Of a stretch of 64,000 bases of DNA, positions 28,810-41,826 are shown piece by piece (the stretch's first letter is position 1; each line of letters begins with the position of its first letter). The notes under the pieces are model-generated. The model was not told where the DNA came from, made no database searches, and worked only from the letters and a program-made list of their open reading frames with translations. The position numbers were made by a program, and so were the translations under genes. The DNA lies in assembly GCA_964016885.1 (NCBI GenBank), contig OZ024740.1:402070001-402134000 (forward strand). The letters are read 5' to 3'. Source of the stretch: Eledone cirrhosa. Lineage: Eukaryota.

Positions 28810-29690
28810 TCTTATAGCTTAGTCTAATTGATTTTTTATATGGTTAATTATGCTAATTGGGATAGCAGACGGTATATATTTTATCTGGTGATTCTATAGA
28901 CATGTTTTATGATATATAGCTCTGATTATTTAATTTATTAATTCTTCATTGAGCCACAAAGTGACCCGTTGCAAAACACATATATATCTATGACTTTATA
29001 TATATATATATATGTAAACCTTTATATGTAATCATCTCCCGTTAGGTTGAGATACAATTTTGTCTGTATTGGGCTGCGCTTTCTAGCAAAAAACCTACCA
29101 GCCGTAGGCAACTAATCACATCCTTTCTAACTTGACCGCTGCCACGTCACGATTCTTAGCCATTTTTGAATGTATTATTAGCGCGATCACTTTGGAAAAT
29201 TAATTGTCTAAATTTGAGCTAAATTCTGAAGAATCCGAAGCTCTAGATTTCCAATGTTATCGGATGTCTTAAAATGCGGACGAAACCATGGTAGAGGTAA
29301 CTAAATATGTACACTTTTCTTCTAGTTTATTTTACACCTACTTCTGTTTAGTTGACTGTATCTGGTCGATTTATACACGCTGTCGAAATATCCTATAAAT
29401 ACTCCGTCGCAACCGCCACGAGGGGCTGCTTTCGGTTATTCGTCGGAGATTTCTTCATATGAGCCTTTATTCTTATAGCTTGGTCTAATTGATTTTTTTA
29501 TATGGTTAATGATGCTAATTGGGAGAGGAAACGGTATATATTTTATCTGGTGATTCTATAGACATGTTTTATGATATATAGCTCTGATTATTTAATTTAT
29601 TAATTCTTCATTGAGCCACAAAGTGACCCGTTGCAAAACAGATATATATCTATAACTTTATATATATATGTATGTAAACATTTATATATA
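28810..29690 (+). mobile_element. Non-coding hammerhead element with 661-bp period (terminal direct repeats of about 220 bp)
   Basis: 28811.. and 29472.. are near-identical. It has an internal HHR and ends in (TA)n. Homologous to 57816-58735 and 50856-51299. Confidence 0.8.
29222..29297 (+). ncRNA. Type-I hammerhead ribozyme
   Basis: CTGAAGA-aTCCG...CGGAc-GAAA-CCATGG-TA. Stem I is weak. Confidence 0.7.
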
Positions 29691-29747
<57 letters not shown>

Positions 29748-29898
29748 AAGGCGGGTAAAATTCCCGAGATCCATGGACGAGTTCTCTCCAGCGGTCTCTG
29801 TCCCTCATTATCGCTGACATGTCCTGCGTCTCGAACAGACCAGTGTCTGTCCTTAGGGCATCAACATACGTTAACCTTGGTATTCCTCTTCTAGTGTG

Positions 29899-29974
<76 letters not shown>

Positions 29975-30054
29975 TATATATATATTTAGAGAGAGATATA
30001 TCACCTTGATCACCTTCACCGAGCTTTTTGATATGAAATCGTGTGTCGAAACAA

Positions 30055-30971
30055 ATATTGTTATACTTGGGGAGGGTCATATTGTTGTAATAATATTGCC
30101 AGAATTAATACCAGAACACTGTTTGGTTGGTTTTTGCTTCTGTATCTTTTATATCGGTTAATTTATTCGGTCCTCAATGTTTACCATTGACTGACAAACT
30201 GTAAAACTAGAAACGTAGTTTATAGCATCAGATGTACAGAGGTTACTTGCAGAAACATGATAACAACGTACATAGGCGAGACAGCTCGTAGCATAGGTGA
30301 AAGGATAGACCAACACTGGGGGAACTAAAAGGACGAAAAACGGTTCAGTACTATACGAACACGCCAGACAAGAACATGACGGTAACATAGACAACATAGA
30401 AATTAAAATATCTAAACATAGAAATGACCCAGCAGATAGACAAATCAGAGAGGCCAGCGAAATAGCACTTTGAAGGCCAAAGCTAAACAGAAAAAATAAA
30501 TGGAATAAGAACAACACCCAAAGAAACAATACACAAGCACAATAACAACAAACACATATAAACACACGTTAGTAAACTAAGATATAATACAATAACCAAA
30601 ACACAGTCACCCAAACGCGAACACACATCAAACACTATGTGCAGAGAAGACAAAAATAAATAAATAAATAAATAAATAAACAGATTAAATAAAGATGGCA
30701 TAGACATACAACAGGAGGAAACATAATAGCACTACTGACGATGTTGCAGATGTGCAAAGAAAGAATTTTATTAGACTATATATATGTGTTTGTGTCTATA
30801 TTATATCTGTATTTTTGACCGTTGGTCAGCCAATGGTAAACATTGAGGTCCGAATAAATTAACTGATATAAAAGATACAGAAGCGAAAACCAACCAAACA
30901 GTGAGTGTGTTCTGTTATTAATTCTGGCAATATTATTACGACAATATTACCCTCCCCAAATATAACAATAT
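30055..30971 (+). mobile_element. Truncated Penelope-like element (GIY-YIG + pLTR) with inverted 5' pLTR piece
   Basis: NCKTRNVVYSIRC..YIGETARS from 30196. Segment 30055-30195 is the inverse of about 30825-30971. HHR-like CTGACGA..GAAA at 30735-30762. Confidence 0.9.
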
Positions 30972-31032
30972 ATATATAAAATAAAATAATTAAGTCAAAT
31001 ATTAAAAATTTGGCTTCGTTTATTAAAGGTGT

Positions 31033-31087
31033 ACTACTATATATATTTCAGTGACAGCCATCCATGGCTGTCACCTCTTCAGGTAGT
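31033..31087 (-). ncRNA. Minimal type-I hammerhead ribozyme
   Basis: The minus strand reads actac-CTGAAGA-GGTGACAGCCATggATGGCTGTCACT-GAAA-tatata-TA^gtagt. Confidence 0.88.
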
Positions 31088-31358
31088 CCGAATTGGTGTG
31101 ATAGAGACAGGTACACATGTTGTTGAGGTGTTTAACTCCATCAATAGTTCCTAGTTGGGTTGTTATTTCTCTGAGGAACTGGAATCATATGATTCCAGTT
31201 CCTCAGTTTTTAAAAACCACAGACCCTCCATCTCAACTCTACTTTTGAAAAACAAAAGAATTGCGAAACCGGTAAAGGAACCAAATAAATATATATATAT
31301 TTTTTTAAATAAGACTCCAGTTGCATTTTCGATTTCATCTTTATTCTCCCCCCCCCCC

Positions 31359-31638
<280 letters not shown>

Positions 31639-31725
31639 ACACACACACACACACATACACACACATTCACGCACACGCACACACACATACACAAACACAC
31701 ACACACACACATTTATATATACATA

Positions 31726-32527
31726 CTAGCAGAATGGCCCGGCGTTGCTCGGGATTTGTTATAGGGTTCTTATATATTTGATATATATTTATCCTTATCG
31801 AACCTCGTGAAATAAATACGTTTGTTTATATTTTGTTATTGTGTATGCAAAAATATCTGTCCATAAATATATAATTATATATATATATATATTAAAATAA
31901 CAGACTAAAGTTTAAGCAAAGAATCACTGCTTTCACCCTTAACAGGATATTCTACCTAAAAGCAGTATGAAGTACATACACTAAGACTAATTGATGTAAT
32001 CTTTGGTCTTGTTTGTTTATATTTTGTTTTTGTGTATGCAAAAATATCTGTACAAATATCTGTACACGAATATCTATATTAAAATAACATATTAATGTTT
32101 AAGCAAAGAATCGCTGCTTTCAACTTTAACGGGATCTTCTTAAACTAAAAAAATCAATCTGGAAAACAGGAAGACGATACTTTGGTTCGTGAAGACGTTC
32201 CCTGGCATAAGAATATATATATACACACACACACTGATCGCGTCATAATGACGTAATGCAGACATCAGGCATACAGACAGACATTATGAAGGCGCGACGT
32301 CATATCTATGTATCTATCTAAAAAGAGAAAGACTAAGAGAAAGAGAAAAAGATCGCTTAATCGCCTAATGCGGTCTCTAGGGCATTGGAAATTTGAAATT
32401 TTTTTTTGCTCAAAACACTTCTGGGGTCATACGAGTTACATGTATAAAGATTGAAAAAAACCGGTTCGGTACTTCTCGAGTTTTAGGGAAACAGAAACAC
32501 AGACATCCTCTGTTTTATATATATAGA
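31726..32527 (-). mobile_element. Non-autonomous Helitron
   Basis: The minus strand begins A|TCTATATATATAAAA and ends with the hairpin CCCGAGC-AAC-GCCGGG, then CTAG|T. It inserted between A and T with no TSD. Confidence 0.82.
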
Positions 32528-33114
32528 TTACTTCTGCGTAAAGGTGTAAATCGCTAATATGTGAAGTGACTAGAATTCATTGGTTTGATTTCAAATCTGA
32601 GGTGCTAACGTCCAGCTCACAATGTTGATCCAATCTATTGCGCGTTCCTCTACTTGTTAACTTAGCAAACTAGAAATAGCAAACAAATCTTTCTCAAATT
32701 ACACCACACTCTTAAAACAAAAACATAAGGACACATTGGACATGGCATAGACTGTATATTTAGGTGGGTGTTATTACTTGAAGAGACACATTATGCGAAA
32801 AAACAAAACTTTCATGTTGGCGAGAATAATTTCATGTGTTAGTTTTATGATTGAGCTGACTATGTGATTTGATATAATTGTACTAAAAGAACTGATTTAT
32901 GTGTGAAAATGTTCCGCTCGTCAGTTTATAATATTTAAATCAGCGTGTAAACTCAGAATTTAATGAAATGTAAGTTATAAAAATAGAAAAATATAGAAAA
33001 TTTTCAAAAATACAAAGACCATAATTTCGTGTTTCTCATAAGAACCTTTTGAATATGGTTGTATTTATATTACATGTTGAATATGATGGGAGAGGAAATA
33101 CAATCCACACAAAA

Positions 33115-33460
33115 AGGAATGGCTCTCTGTTGGTTACTACGAGGAATATTTCAGTTGTTCAATCAATGAAACAGCCAGTTGAGAAATTAACGTAGAAATG
33201 CCTGATCATTGCAGAGTCACGTGTATTCTTTATGTAATATTCAGTAAGCCTCTGAGAAACAGTGTGTGACAAGTCTGTTTCTAAGAATTACCGGTACATT
33301 CTCTTCATCATATTTCCAAACAGTTTCCATTGACAGAATTTCACTTTCAAAGATTGGGTTAACCTGAGGTCATTCTAAATGACACTTGTTCAGAATGCCA
33401 CTCAGTAGACTCAAACCAAGGTCCTTAGGCTTGCGATTCAAACGATAAACCCTTTGTCCA
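33115..33460 (-). mobile_element. Old tRNA-derived SINE (family B-like head plus a different body)
   Basis: A degenerate reverse tRNA head at about 33380-33460. The body GAAATTAACGTAGAA..CACGTGTA resembles, from memory, a cephalopod SINE. Confidence 0.45.
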
Positions 33461-34278
33461 GGCTACTTCCAAACATTGAATATAAATGCACTCAAGTTCA
33501 CCAAACATTCAATCTATATATGACCACATCTCATACATCCCTTCCCATATACCAATGATTATTCTATATTTATATCAATCATTTCAGGCCAAACATTATA
33601 CACTAAATGTTTCAATTTTTAACATCTTAACTGAGTATATAGACGACACAGACTTGACTAAAATTATTGGTTACTAATAATTTAAAAAAGTATTTAGTAT
33701 TCATATATCGAGTTTTATATTTTATGTATTTCAAATCTAAATAAAACGTTATACTCCATTAGTAGAAACAACGCTCTCCTTGCAGTAACGTTTGTATATA
33801 TGAGCATATGTTTATTAATGTGTCTAAAAATGTATACAATTGCATGAATGGAGTGGCTATGTTTTGATATGCAAATTATACAATCTCACGCCGGCATATT
33901 CCTACGTTTTCAATTAATACAACGTGTTTTATTCTATGCGACATAGTGACACTAGCTTCATTAAATAATGATGAGGTTTAAAGGTGTAATAAGCAGAGAC
34001 ATGAAGGAAATAGCCGAACTCAACACATTTGAGGAGATCCAAACTTGTATCGATTTTGGAATAAGACAGTTTTGTATTACGCCTTGGATATAGCGCAGAC
34101 ACTATTGGAGGGGGGTGAAGCGTAGCTAATCCCTTGCAATTAAAAGGCTAAGCATCACCGCCAACGACATATATTTTGTGATTTATTTATATTTATATTA
34201 ATGATTAAATGCGATACTTATTGTCATCGTCAATGTTGGCGGCGTCAGTACATTACATGCATATTTGTGCGTGTGTGT

Positions 34279-34330
<52 letters not shown>

Positions 34331-34381
34331 GTGTGTGTTTGTGTGCACGTGTGTGTGTGTTTGTGTGCACGTGTGTGTGTG

Positions 34382-34467
34382 TGTGAGAGAGCGAGGATGA
34401 TCTGAGTCTATTAAGGGCATGCGGATAAGCCCAGAGAAGTTCGCATAAGCCATTTTATACACACACG

Positions 34468-34523
<56 letters not shown>

Positions 34524-34612
34524 TGCGTGTGTGTATAAAATGGTTTATGCGAAATTCTCTGTGCGTATGCGCATGCCCTTAATAGACTCAGATCATCCTC
34601 GCTCTCTCACAC
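34382..34612. repeat. Inverted repeat (about 85-bp arms) around a CA/TA microsatellite
   Basis: GAGAGAGCGAGGATGATCTGAGTCTATTAAGGGCATGCG versus CGCATGCCCTTAATAGACTCAGATCATCCTCGCTCTCTC. Confidence 0.9.
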
Positions 34613-34632
34613 ATATATATATGTGTGTGTTC

Positions 34633-34670
<38 letters not shown>

Positions 34671-35087
34671 GCATACACATACTCGCACACATATGTGTGT
34701 GTGTTTGTATGTGGGTGTTTTTGTGCGCGGATGTGTGTGCGGCGTTTGTAAATGTGTGTCATCCCTATCCAGAGATTCTGTGATTATGACCATGATTTAT
34801 GTAAATTTAGGGCATATTTTAGCGTCTTTAAGGGAAGATCAGGTTGAAATTATTAATCGTGATAGATAAAAAGCTGAATATAAGATGACGGACGCGTTGT
34901 TAGATCTGTAAACTTGTGTGGTAAGATACCATGTCGTATATATATATATATTTATATATATAAACATATACGTAACATCAGCTTTATCTCCTTCCCTCTC
35001 TCACTTTATTCAATTTCTGTCACTTTTTTCATCCCACTCTCTTTTTCTCTATGTCTCACCACTCCCCCCCTCTCTCTCTCTCTCTCT

Positions 35088-35169
<82 letters not shown>

Positions 35170-35627
35170 TCATATATACAAGAATATATACAAATATATG
35201 TGTAGGTATGTGTGTGTGCGCATATGCATGTAGGTATGTATATATACACAGAGATAATTACATATATATATATTATTATTATCAGTCGAACGATACGTAT
35301 ACAAATACTTACACATTTTTTCTTCTTGTGTGTTTATGAAGCCAAATTTTAACAGAAAAAACTCATTATTTTCATGTGAAAATTCATTCTAATCTACTTA
35401 TTATATATTGACATCTAATATACTTGTGCTTTCTGACAATTTTCTTATTTCTCTAGTGTGGTCTGCGTGCTTTTTGCAAGATCATCACTATTGATGGTGA
35501 TACAGCTTTTATGATGTGTCTTCGTGGTATCGGTAGCATGATAAAGAACGAATGAATGTGAGATAAATGAATGTATGAAGAAAGAATAAAAAAATATATT
35601 GAAGTCACATACGAAAGTTACAAATTC

Positions 35628-35685
<58 letters not shown>

Positions 35686-36339
35686 CCATAACCGAGTTGC
35701 TTCATGCAATATGACAAAAAATTAAAGAAAATATATAACTGTATGATTGATAAGACATCTATATTTATTCTCCTACTTGCGGAAACAGTTCTGTATGTAT
35801 GTGTACATGTTCACTCACAGCAGAAACACGTACACACAACACTCACAAACACACAGGTCGACTATATATGCTCACTCCACTTTTTCCTTCACTGTTCTCT
35901 ATACACACATACACACCCTTATATTATCATACCTTTGCTCATGGCTTCGTGCTTCCATGCACACACACTCTTTTACTCACATATATACACACATTTCTTC
36001 TTAACTTCGTACGGACGTATAATAACACACACACATACACACACACACACATACATGCACACACACACACACACGCACACACACACGTACACACACACGC
36101 GCGCGCGCGTTATTACGCACCTGCACAAGTATAGCTCTTTTTACAAAACGGCTTTTTTTTCCATTTCAGGTAGACGCGATCCATCATCGACTTTTCTAAA
36201 AAATAAATCACACAGAAAACGCCAGCACCAACAGTTTTGCAAGAGATGTCAACATGAATGGACCTGTTATTTTTATCTAAAGACATTTTTTCCAATTTCA
36301 ACCCGCCCGTCCCATCAATCTATCTTATTTCTCATTCTT

Positions 36340-36374
36340 TCTTCTGATGAAGGATTAGGTCCGAAACGTTAAGA
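36340..36374 (+). ncRNA. Minimal type-I hammerhead ribozyme in a small element (about 36270-36460)
   Basis: tctt-CTGATGA-aGGAttaggTCC-GAAA-CG-TT^aaga. Confidence 0.82.
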
Positions 36375-36472
36375 CCCTCTTCCTGCTATATCAAGCGTTA
36401 ACCTAATATATCCCTTCCATATACTGTTCCGATTGTGATGTTATTTCTGATTACCTTTTACATACTTATATA

Positions 36473-36535
<63 letters not shown>

Positions 36536-36819
36536 ATGTGTATGTGTGTGTGTATGTGTATGTGTGTATGTGTATGTGTATGTGTGTGTGTATGTGTGCG
36601 CGCGAGTAGGTGTGTGAATGGGTAGTGAGGTCTTTATATATGCTATAATTTTCGAACGTATATCCTATGATTTAGAAGATGGAAACAGTTACAAAGCTAC
36701 TGTCTCCGACGTAACTAGTGTACACCAACAACTGTAAATACTGAAATTCTGTTTGCGTCAATATACATGAATTCAGTTACAGATCTTATTTCAATGTATA
36801 AGATAGAATTGGAAAATAA

Positions 36820-36997
36820 TTATTTCTACTTATGGCACAAGGCCAGCAATTACCCCAGTGCATTACTGGTGATTTATTTATCGACCCCGTAAGGATGAAA
36901 AGCAATGTTAACCTCGACGGGATTTGAACTTAGGCAGTAAAGGGCCGTAACTCTATGCTGCAAAGCATGCCTGACGCTCTACCGGTACTGCCAATCC
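36820..36997 (-). mobile_element. tRNA-derived SINE, family A
   Basis: Reverse-complement core and A/B boxes. Confidence 0.88.
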
Positions 36998-37821
36998 TTT
37001 TGCAAATCTGTTTGTTTCTTTGAGAAAGTTAGGCAAGAACATTTTTATGGGTGAATTAGTCTAAGTGAAGGATCATGTGGTCGGTTGTTTATTAAATGCC
37101 ATTAAAGAGACCATTAGACTACCATGAAAATAAAGATTACCAGTTCCTCACTTGGTATATTTTAACCCTATCCGTGCTGCCTCTGATGATTTTAATTATA
37201 GACGGAATTGGTTAGTCATATATTCCCTAATAATTACAAAATCTTCAAAATATTCCCAAGATTTAGTACACGCATGTATTAGCAATAATAAATTATCGAA
37301 CACGTACATTGCTGATTGGGTTTCTCAGGAGTTTGTTAAAATATTTTCTTTTAATAAATTGAAATAATTTGTTAAAATAAAACACGGGGATAAATTTTGC
37401 ATAATTCTCTACATCTGTCATTTAAACAATAGATATTGGAAACTGCTGATCTTTTATCCTGTTATTTTAAAAAAGCAATAATATTTAACCCTAAAAATAT
37501 ATTTTAATATTTTATTGACTGCCGAACTGTATAATGTCAAATCAATCTCGACACGACATGATATCAAATCATATAGGGAGACATTAAATACAACTTGATA
37601 TTATGTTTATGGCTTTAGCAATAATTTTATTGGCCTCGGGAAGGTGAAACAAAAATTGAAGCCGTTTTACTAATAAGTATAAACTCTAAAAATACCACCT
37701 CTAAATAATAAATAATATGAGAGAGAGAGCGAATCACTGCGTCTGATAGAAAAAGCAGTTATATATCACACGTAATATTCCCTACCGTAATAACAGATCA
37801 TTATGCTCTAAATTATATAAT

Positions 37822-38008
37822 TGGATTGGCAGAATCGGTAGAGGGTCGGACGCCATGCTTTGCAGAAAAAGTGTTACGGCTCTTTATGGTCTGAGTTCAA
37901 ATCCCGCCGAGGTTAACTTTGCCTTTCATCCTTACGGGGTCGATAAAATAAAGTACCAATAATACACTGGCATAATTGCTGGCCTTGTTCCAAAAGTAGA
38001 AACAATTA
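37822..38008 (+). mobile_element. tRNA-derived SINE, family A (plus a 3' fragment at 38306-38372)
   Basis: TGGCAGAATCGG A-box, GAGTTCAAATCC B-box and core. Confidence 0.9.
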
Positions 38009-39103
38009 TATAAGCTAACAGAAAAACCAACATGGAGGGAGGGGGGGGGTCTGCTAGTATGTATATAGTGTGCATATTGATATTATACGCAATATAAACG
38101 TTATGATATAACGATGCAAATATATGAACGTTTATATAAGCATTATAATATAGCGTCCGCTATATCATAACCGGAAGTATGGACATTTTAAAATTTTAAA
38201 ATAATTGAATCTTAAAAAAAGCAATAATTATATATAAGAATATTTATGTTTAATCAACAGCTACGAAATTTAGTACATAAATTATGTAATATTCATTCAT
38301 TATTACCTTTCATCCTTACGGGGTCGATACAATAAAGTACCAGTAATGCCTTGTGCCTAAAGTAGAAACAACTATTTATTCAAAGTAATTCGACTTATTT
38401 TACTAACGGGATAAAAAAAATATATTCAGGACACAATCCCGCACTCCTCCCTTTATTATATTATGATACGAAACGTTCGTGACGAGCATGCTCTTGGTTA
38501 TAGGTCAGTTCAATTTGTCTTGATTTAAAGCTAAATAACAACAACAATAAATATTTACACTATGTATCATATTTCAATGGGGCAACTATTCAAAATTTCA
38601 TTTAATTTAATTAACAAAAATCAATTTTTATTCTCAGAATTTTTTCATTCTGGTAACATTACCCACGTTTTTCCAATCTCTCGATCTGTACACAAATGGT
38701 AATAACACAGTAAAAAAAAAACATGAAATTGATATCAAAGATATACATGTTCTTCCCTCCACCCACAAAACAAGAAGTGTGTGCTTTTCCTTTTCTGCGA
38801 TTTTCTTGATTTAATTTACAAGCTTCTCTCACTGTTTATGTATATGTGTACGTGTCAGAGAACGAGACGTATCAATGGAGAGTGGGGCTCCTTCAACACA
38901 CTCAAAAAGGGAATAACATATGCGAGTCTTTATCATTATCAAGTAGTTTGTAAATACCTCCAAGATAACATGATAAAAATTTAACATATGCTTGAATGAT
39001 GTGACAAAATAAACATCACAGAAGAAAGAGAAAACAGTCCGTCAATGAATAGGACGTCTGTAAGGAGCGTAGGCATGGAGAATGAATGCGTAGGCATATA
39101 GTC

Positions 39104-39135
<32 letters not shown>

Positions 39136-39199
39136 GTGTGTGTGTGTGTGTATGTGCGTCTGTGTCTGTGTACATATTCGCACACACACATACACACGC

Positions 39200-39239
<40 letters not shown>

Positions 39240-39319
39240 CGTTGTCTGTGTGTGTAGGAATCCGCGGATGAAAGATCAAGGAGACCGGTGCTCAATCTGT
39301 TGCAAGAGAGCTTATTTAG

Positions 39320-39491
39320 TATAAACAATGTTTCATAAACTTAACAAGTATGTGCGACCATTGGTTTCGGGGTCTACTTCCACGATGAACACCCAGTTTG
39401 GAAGTGGCTCCCCCAATATACAGTGGCATCATAACTGGACGCAAACCCAATGGTGGCACATACAGGCTAAGTGTATGAAACATTGTTTATA
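39320..39491. repeat. Imperfect fold-back with GAAA-CATTG-TT on both arms
   Basis: TATAAACAATGTTTCATA..GTATGTGC..CCATTGG versus CCAATGG..GCACATAC..TATGAAACATTGTTTATA. Confidence 0.75.
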
Positions 39492-39527
39492 ACATATATA
39501 TATATACTGTATATATATATATTTTTT

Positions 39528-39653
39528 TTTTCTGAGGACGGCATGTATATGTGAAGGTAAGTATATTTCCTCTGATAATTTGTAATATTTTTACATATAT
39601 CTATATGATATACATACCAACACACATACATCATAGAAACGATCGTAAAATGA
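39528..39653 (+). ncRNA. Hammerhead ribozyme with extended stem II (same family as 20128-20281)
   Basis: tttt-CTGAGGA-cggcatgtatatgtg...cacacatacatcata-GAAA-CGATCG-TA^aaa. Confidence 0.7.
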
Positions 39654-39794
39654 TAAATTTTTTAATATAAATAAATAAATATTTGCTCTACGTTTCTTAT
39701 ATATTTGATATATATTTATCCTTATCGAGCCCTCTTTGGATTTTAGTCTTCAAATTTATTATTATTAATATATATATATATATATATATATATA

Positions 39795-41182
39795 GCGGCG
39801 ATGAATTTCAGCAATGTCCAGTAGTGCTAAGTTTAATATTCTGAACACAGATTTGGTACGAGTGATGAAGAATGTGTCCCGCATGTGCGACCCAACAGAA
39901 ATGGAAAGACACATCCAACACTTCATCAACCGCATGCAGTTCTCTGGCTACAACCAAAGAGACAGAGTCAGAGTATACGAAGGAGCCATGGAAAAGTATG
40001 AGACCCTCATAGAACTGGACATGAAAGGAATTTGCCCATTATACAGGAGCAAATCATGGAATAGCTTAGATAGGGCTAGACATAAGATAGGGAAAGCCAC
40101 CTCATGGTACGACAACCAGAGATACCAGAGTGTCATGTTTGTGGACGCCACCCCTGGAGGGAAATTAGCTAACCAGTGTAGAAAGGCCCTGAGAAAGACC
40201 CACTTAAAAATAAAGGTGGTAGAAAAGCCAGGAACCACCATAAAATCCCTGATCAGCAAAACCTACCCTTTTAAGAAAACCCACTGTACCAATAGGAAAT
40301 GTATCATATGTAAGGTGAACCCCCGGATAAACTGTAAAACTAGAAACGTAGTCTATAGCATAAGATGTACAGAGGGTACTTTCAGAAACATGACAACAAC
40401 ATACATAGGTGAGACAGCTCGTAGCATAGGTGAAAGGATAGACCAACACTGGGGGGAACTAAAAGGACGAAAAAAACGGGTTAGTACTATACGAATATGC
40501 TAGACAACAACATGACGGTAACATAGACAACATAGAAATTAGAATAATATCTAAACATAGAAATGACCCAGCAGATAGGCAAATCAGAGAGGCCAGTGAA
40601 ATAGAAATTAGAAGACCAAAGCTAAACAGAAAGAATGAATGGAATAACAACAACACCCAAACAAACAACACTGACCTAAGAGAAGTATAAATAAGTAAAT
40701 AAAATAAGATAAATAAATAAATAAATAAATACATACACAAGCACAATAACAACAAGCACATAAACACACACTAGTCACCCATCACACAGCAAACATAACA
40801 CTATACACACACGCAAACGCATGCACAAAGAAGACAAAATAAAATAAACAAACAAGCAAATAAATAAATAAATATATAGACAGACTGAATAAAAATGGCG
40901 TAGACATACAACACAACAGGAGGAAAATATAACACCACTGACGATGTTGCAGATGTGCAACGAAAGATTTATGATAAACTATATATATGTGTTTGTGTCT
41001 ATATTGTATCTGTATTATTTTTGACCGTCGGTCAGTCAATGGCAACATTGAGGACCGAGTAAGTTAGATCACCGATATAAAAGACACAGAAGCGAGAAGC
41101 GAAAACCAACCAAACAGTGAATGTGTTCTGTTATTAATTCTGGCAATATTACACAAATATGACCCTCCCCAAGTATAACAAT
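39795..41182 (+). mobile_element. 5'-truncated Penelope-like element (RT thumb/linker, GIY-YIG endonuclease, pLTR)
   Basis: ORF 39814-40503 has SGY, FVDATPGG.LA, KVVEKPG, C..C..C, NVVYSIRC..YIGETARS..ER..QH. A frameshift follows into RQIREA..I...LNRKNEW. Inserted in (TA)n. Confidence 0.92.
40934..40975 (+). ncRNA. Minimal hammerhead ribozyme in the Penelope pLTR
   Basis: CTGACGA-tGTTGCAgatgTGCAAC-GAAA-gatt-TA. Confidence 0.7.
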
Positions 41183-41191
41183 ATATATATA

Positions 41192-41384
41192 TAGGAACCA
41201 GTAAGACCCCGACGGCTGAGCTCAAGCCGTTTCGACGGCTAATTCTAGATTTAGAATTAGCCGTCGAAACGGCTTGAGCTCAGCCGTCGGGGTCTTACTG
41301 GTTCCTATTACCCAGTCTACTACCCCAAGTATTGAGTACTTTGGTGCGTTATGGTCCACCTGGTTCCTTACCACATTTCCTTCG

Positions 41385-41386
<2 letters not shown>
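41192..41386 (+). mobile_element. Fold-back half-hammerhead element, 'GCCGTCGAAACGGC' family
   Basis: Perfect inverted arms 41192-41307 around a 4-nt loop, plus an 80-bp tail. Sisters at 50669-50829 and 51319-51518. Confidence 0.88.
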
Positions 41387-41427
<41 letters not shown>

Positions 41428-41752
41428 CACATTTAGCGAGTAGATGTTATATTGTGTGTTTGGAATTTCAGTATCTTAAAATGACCTGTGTTTCATATAG
41501 CATCTGTAGCTTCTTCCAACTCATGGTCTTATGCTAGTAATCTATTGGAGAATTTGGAAAATATGGCATTTCCGTAAATTACTGGAGCTGCAACAACTAA
41601 CCATATCAATACATTCAGATGAAATTAATCGATACCCAGATGTGTTTGTGGCCATCGAGGTTATTTGTCTGGTAATTGCTGATCATATTCTCAACATAGC
41701 TGGAAAAAAGGCTATGCTGGACAATTACTCGTGCGAAAATGATTAGTGTTCA

Positions 41753-41826
41753 TGTATGTATGTATGTATGTATGTATGTATGTATGTATGTATGTATGTA
41801 TGTATGTATGTATGTATGTATGTATG
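41753..41826. repeat. (ATGT)n microsatellite
   Basis: Direct reading. Confidence 0.97.

Noticed and set aside
29808-29875. Possible decayed hammerhead (CTGACA..ATGTCCT/AGGGCAT stem) in a TA-flanked island
   Set aside because: Both core halves are damaged, so it is too weak to call.
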